NCBI GenBank assembly: GCA_024704765.1
Contig: JAKMXF010000182.1
Location: 1 to 13,980 of the forward strand
Direction of reading: 5' to 3'
DNA from: Oopsacas minuta
Taxonomy: Eukaryota > Animalia > Porifera
DNA length: 13,980 nucleotides
The notes under the pieces were generated by a model that saw only the letters and a program-made list of their open reading frames with translations, searched no databases and was not told the origin of the DNA. Shown here piece after piece: positions 10,333-13,980 of the stretch. The translations under genes and the position numbers were made by a program. Position 1 is the stretch's first letter; each line of letters opens with the position of its first letter.

Positions 10333-11516
10333 CAGGGGTTCTCAACCTGGGGTACGGCAGGTGTTTTTGGAGGGGTACGCTAGATGTTTTCGAGGTGTCC
10401 GCTGAACCAACTATAAACGTATAGAATTACTATAAAATTTTGTCTGATAATTACTTCTGATTCGAGACCTGTCAAAAGTAAACCGTAATTATGACAGTAT
10501 TGTTTGGTTAATTAGGATAGGTTGCTAATTACCAGTGTATATTTTGACGCGGTTTATGAATGGACAAATATATGCTGGGTAGATACTATTTATGAGCTTC
10601 ATTTGACTATACCATTTTAGGGTTTCAATTTCTAGATATAAATTCTAAAACTAATTGTTTTTTAACAAATTCACATCAAGTTCAAATTTGAACAGTCACT
10701 CAAATGGCAAATTCATTACCTAAGGAATCGGGAAAAACGAAATATAATGATAATTATATTCAACACGGTTTCACACTTATGCTGAAAAATGGACGCGAAC
10801 TACCACAGTGTGTAGTGTGCTTTATGCTCCTTTCTGATCAATCGATGAAGCCAAGCTTACTCAAGAGGCATCTTAGCAGATGTCATCCAGAGTTAGTGGA
10901 TAAAGATGCTACATTCTTCAAACGAATGGAAATCGGAGTGAAGAGGGTGCGTTTAGATAAGAGTAGTCATGTAAATCAAATAAATCAAGCAATCCTTCGT
11001 GCCTCATACATGGTTGCTCTGAGAATCGCTCAAGAGAAAGCTCCACATACAATCGCTGAATTCTACAGTACGAGATGCATTTGAAACTTTGCCATTAATG
11101 AAGTTCTGGTCTAGAATGAGTCAATATTTCCCTAGTGTCGCTACCATGGCTGTGCGTGGGCTGCTGATGTTTCCAAGTACATATCTTTGCGAACAAGGAT
11201 TCTCGGCACTGTTAAATATTAAAAACAAATATTGTGCTCGTTTATGCGTAGAACCTGACCTCCGTGTAGCTTTATCTAAAACCGAACCAAGGATAGATGA
11301 ACTTGTAAAAGCAAAGCAGGCCCAGGCATCTCATTAAGTTTTGTCTTAATAATTCAACTTTTTTCCAAATACGTAAATTATGTTGTATTCATGATATTAC
11401 AAATTATATCAACGTATAATAGTTTAGCGGAATGTTGCTAAATTTGAATCGAGGGTACCTGGACATATCCTTTCGCCTCAGGGGGTGCGCAGTTCGTAAA
11501 AGGTTGAGAACCCCTG
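10333..11516 (+). mobile_element. Non-autonomous Buster/Charlie-type hAT transposon, 1184 bp
   Basis: Perfect 16-bp TIR CAGGGGTTCTCAACCT (10333-10348 / 11501-11516); carries BED-finger and hATC fragments. Flanks GTATAGAG and GTCTAACA both have a central TA but do not form a TSD. Confidence 0.95.
10704..11337 (+). pseudogene. Internally deleted Buster-family transposase (ZBED5/ZBED8/FAM200-like)
   Basis: 10704..11084: KYNDNYIQHGF...PQCVVC...SMKPSLLKRHL...HPEL (BED finger) and ASYMVALRIAQEKAPHTIAE. It is joined out of frame near 11060 to FETLPLMKFW...FPSTYLCEQGFSALLNIKNKY..RL.VEPDLRVALS (C-terminal domain). The DDE core is absent. Confidence 0.92.
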
Positions 11517-11666
11517 GTCTAACACATAAATGTATTCTTTGGAGAGTTTACATCTAGAGGCTCTGAGTGTATTTATACCGAATATAGTTTTGTGACACAA
11601 ATCTTTGGTAAGTATTTGTATTAGTCTATAGTGATTGATAAATACTAACAGTATTGGTTTGTTGCG

Positions 11667-11729
11667 TGTCAGAATTGCTACCACTGTTGTATGACTTCTT
11701 TGATTATATATGCGGAAATTAGTTCCGAT
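11667..11729 (+). repeat. 63-bp inverted repeat, left arm
   Basis: 60/63 identical to the reverse complement of 12675-12737; sharp ends. Confidence 0.9.
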
Positions 11730-11822
11730 TACACCTCATGATTTCATATTATGATACAGATGAATACAAATATGTTTAATCATTACCTTCGAAGATAAGG
11801 AGTAGAAATTTATGATCCTCAT

Positions 11823-12271
11823 CAGAGATGGAACCGGTCGGGTCGGGTACCGGTCGAAGATCCCGACCGGCCGATCAGAATTTCTGAATATGATACTGTA
11901 ATCATATTGACCAAAAACTTAAACTTAGCATTTCGATTAAACTAGACCATAACTAGACAATTTAGTACAGATATTATAGTAGATTTGTTAGTAAACCTTG
12001 ACTACTAAATCCACTATTGTCTTTCTCTATTTTATGAATATCTATCTCAAATTATCAATAATAATTATAATTCTTACTTGATTTATTTATGATACCTATC
12101 GTCATACTTGACAACTGTCCCGCCTTTACGAACATGTGTTGAGGCTAATGTCCCGCCGAAACTTAACAAAACATTAATTGTCCCGCTTTTTTGTAGTCCA
12201 ATATAATGCTAGTATACTGCGACCCGACCGGTCGAGTCGGGTCATGAAAAAGCTGACCGGTTCCATCTCTG
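11823..12271. mobile_element. hAT (Ac-like) MITE, 449 bp
   Basis: Perfect 17-bp TIR CAGAGATGGAACCGGTC (11823-11839 / 12255-12271); 8-bp TSD ATCCTCAT / ATCCTCAG (7/8); subterminal CCGACCGG/ACCGGTCG motifs at both ends; TGTCCCGC three times at 12116, 12149 and 12179. Confidence 0.92.
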
Positions 12272-12674
12272 ATCCTCAGTATACTAATTGTTGCTGTTCT
12301 ATTTTCCAGCTCCTTGTAGCCACACTAATTCCTGGAATTGCTTGTCATATCACAATGCCACTCATAATATATTTAGTGTACCCCACACATATTCTTGTAT
12401 ACATTTTAAGGTTATGTGGATCCCAGGTTGGCAATCACAAATGTAATGTAACGAATAATCCGGCCCACATATCAATTTTTGAGAAATATTACAACCTTCC
12501 AGTATTAAACAGTCTCTCATTCTGGTAAAAAATATGTAGCCAGCGGGCTGGTCCGATTCTCTAAATTCTTTTTCCAAAATCTTAAATTGTATCCAATTCT
12601 ATTGCAGACAAGAACTTCTTGCTTAGTGGTGAACCCGGTTCTCAAATACTTGTAGGATTCTAGTTAGAGTAAAC

Positions 12675-12737
12675 ATCGGAACTAATTTCCGCATATAGAA
12701 TCAAAGAAGTCATATAACAGTGGTAGCAATCCTGACA
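12675..12737 (-). repeat. 63-bp inverted repeat, right arm
   Basis: Reverse complement of 11667-11729 with 3 mismatches. Confidence 0.9.
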
Positions 12738-12828
12738 TGGATTAGTTAAAGGTCAAAAGGTGAGAGGATGTTGCCAGATTATGACCAAAGTACATTGATT
12801 TGGAATTAACCATTTCTGAAAGATGTGG

Positions 12829-13980
12829 AATTAAAGTATACTAAGTAACAAGTCAGCGGTTCCCAATCCTGGTTGTCCACGAACGAGAGCAGGATCCACA
12901 ATATCACAAATATTGCATTGCTGTCTATATGAAGGAGTTCACTAGTGTAGAGGTTAAGACCGTGGCATTAAGGGCTGGAAAGTATTATGGATTAGAGACG
13001 AAAGGAATAGTAAAAGTAAGGGAAAGATTCATTAATGGAAACACGACAAATATTTTGTGGAAAACAAATAAAAATATAGAAATATGGGTAACATAAAGTG
13101 GTAAATATCTAAGAGTACTAGAATATCTGTAGACAATTGTCTCTAGCATGACTCACAACAATAATTCTATCTTTATCATCTACTGTAATACCCGTTGGAG
13201 AAGTAATAGAGATTTTGTGAATACAATCATATTTATAATTGAAAATATGAAGAGAATCAGAACCATTATCTGAGATGAGAATATTATCAGAATTGTCTAG
13301 AAAGAAGAACCAGGGAGACATCACTTGCTGTCTTTCTCCTCTAGAAATTATATTCTTCTGTAGGACGAGACCTTTATTGAAAATGTGTAGACAAGGATTT
13401 GTTTGATCCAGGATAAAAATGTTGTCTCGATTAAATTTGATATCACGAGGTCTTGTGAGAATGTCATCACCAAACTGAGATTTGTAATGAAGGTTTTCTG
13501 AGAGTATTTGTATGCGATTGTTAGATAGATCACAAATGTAAATATCTCCATTTAATTCATCGATTGCTATACCCCTAGGAGTATTAAACTCCAGCTTTCC
13601 TTTTCCAAATTCACCAACTTTGGAAATAAACTTTCCATCTAATTGATAGTTCATTATACAGTGATTTAGAGAAATAAGAATTCTATTCCCATAAATTATT
13701 AAACCTCTCGGGTAGAACATCTTACTTTCACCTTTACTGTCTCCGAATTTGAATAAATACTTAGCAGTACTGTCAAACACTTTAACACAGTTATTTTCTG
13801 CATCTGCTATATAAATATTTCCTGTTTTATTGTCTGCAGTAACACCCAGTGGATTGTAAAGTTCTTCATTTCCATTTCCTCTCTCACAAACACTAACTAG
13901 AGGTTGTTTCTTATTTGTATAATCAATTACTCCAGCTTTCTCCACCAACTTCCCCAACTTATTCACTTCATCTAACAGAT
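12829..13980. repeat. Segmental repeat copy C (NHL gene plus 3' flank)
   Basis: Aligns to A ~5127-6147 and B 10215-10332; has the empty hAT site GTGTAGAG|GTTAAG at 12945-12952. Confidence 0.92.
13118..13980 (-). CDS. NHL-repeat six-bladed beta-propeller protein, paralog C (5' end outside window)
   Basis: The frame is open to the window edge (...LLDEVNKLGKLVEK...); the listed start at 13966 is GTG (Val). A linker is followed by six NHL blades and TAG at 13118; intronless over this span. Confidence 0.93.
   Translation of the reverse strand, partial: LLDEVNKLGKLVEKAGVIDYTNKKQPLVSVCERGNGNEELYNPLGVTADNKTGNIYIADAENNCVKVFDSTAKYLFKFGDSKGESKMFYPRGLIIYGNRILISLNHCIMNYQLDGKFISKVGEFGKGKLEFNTPRGIAIDELNGDIYICDLSNNRIQILSENLHYKSQFGDDILTRPRDIKFNRDNIFILDQTNPCLHIFNKGLVLQKNIISRGERQQVMSPWFFFLDNSDNILISDNGSDSLHIFNYKYDCIHKISITSPTGITVDDKDRIIVVSHARDNCLQIF

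Noticed and set aside
12178-12577. ORFs 12178..12528 (+) and 12362..12577 (-), also 11478..11684, 13348..13551, 1094..1321 and 4380..4571
   Set aside because: They cross transposon boundaries or are alternate frames with no recognisable domain.
13118-13980. Assigning a gene symbol such as TRIM71, TRIM2/3 or nhl-1
   Set aside because: No RING, B-box or filamin domain is visible in the window; the genes look like lineage-specific paralogs, so orthology cannot be claimed.
1-13980. CRISPR array, rRNA, tRNA or prokaryotic defence system
   Set aside because: No regularly spaced repeats or RNA-gene signatures; content (LINE, THAP, BED, splice donors) is eukaryotic.

Overview
AT-rich eukaryotic (animal) genomic DNA; nothing prokaryotic or CRISPR-like was seen. 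It looks like a transposon-riddled paralog cluster of NHL-repeat beta-propeller genes. From recall, not a search, the protein style resembles the expanded NHL family of the glass sponge Oopsacas. Three copies of one segmental unit are present. Copy A (~4936-6147) has an NHL ORF that stops at a single N at 6148. Copy B (9306-9495 plus 10215-10332) retains only 3' flank and is cut off exactly at a hAT terminus. Copy C (~12829-13980) has an NHL ORF running off the window edge. Between them lie a decayed hAT transposase C-terminus, a decayed L2/CR1-type LINE ORF2, a pogo/Tigger-type MITE, an internally deleted P/THAP transposon with intact TIRs, an internally deleted Buster/Charlie hAT, an Ac-like hAT MITE, three copies of an unclassified repeat and several pseudogene-like fragments. 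The most interesting signals are (1) A versus C amino-acid differences concentrated on the predicted ligand-binding top face of the propeller while the 3' flank stays highly conserved, and (2) copy B trapped between two DNA transposons that both lack TSDs, suggesting transposon-driven deletion within the array. All alignments and counts were done by hand and are approximate.
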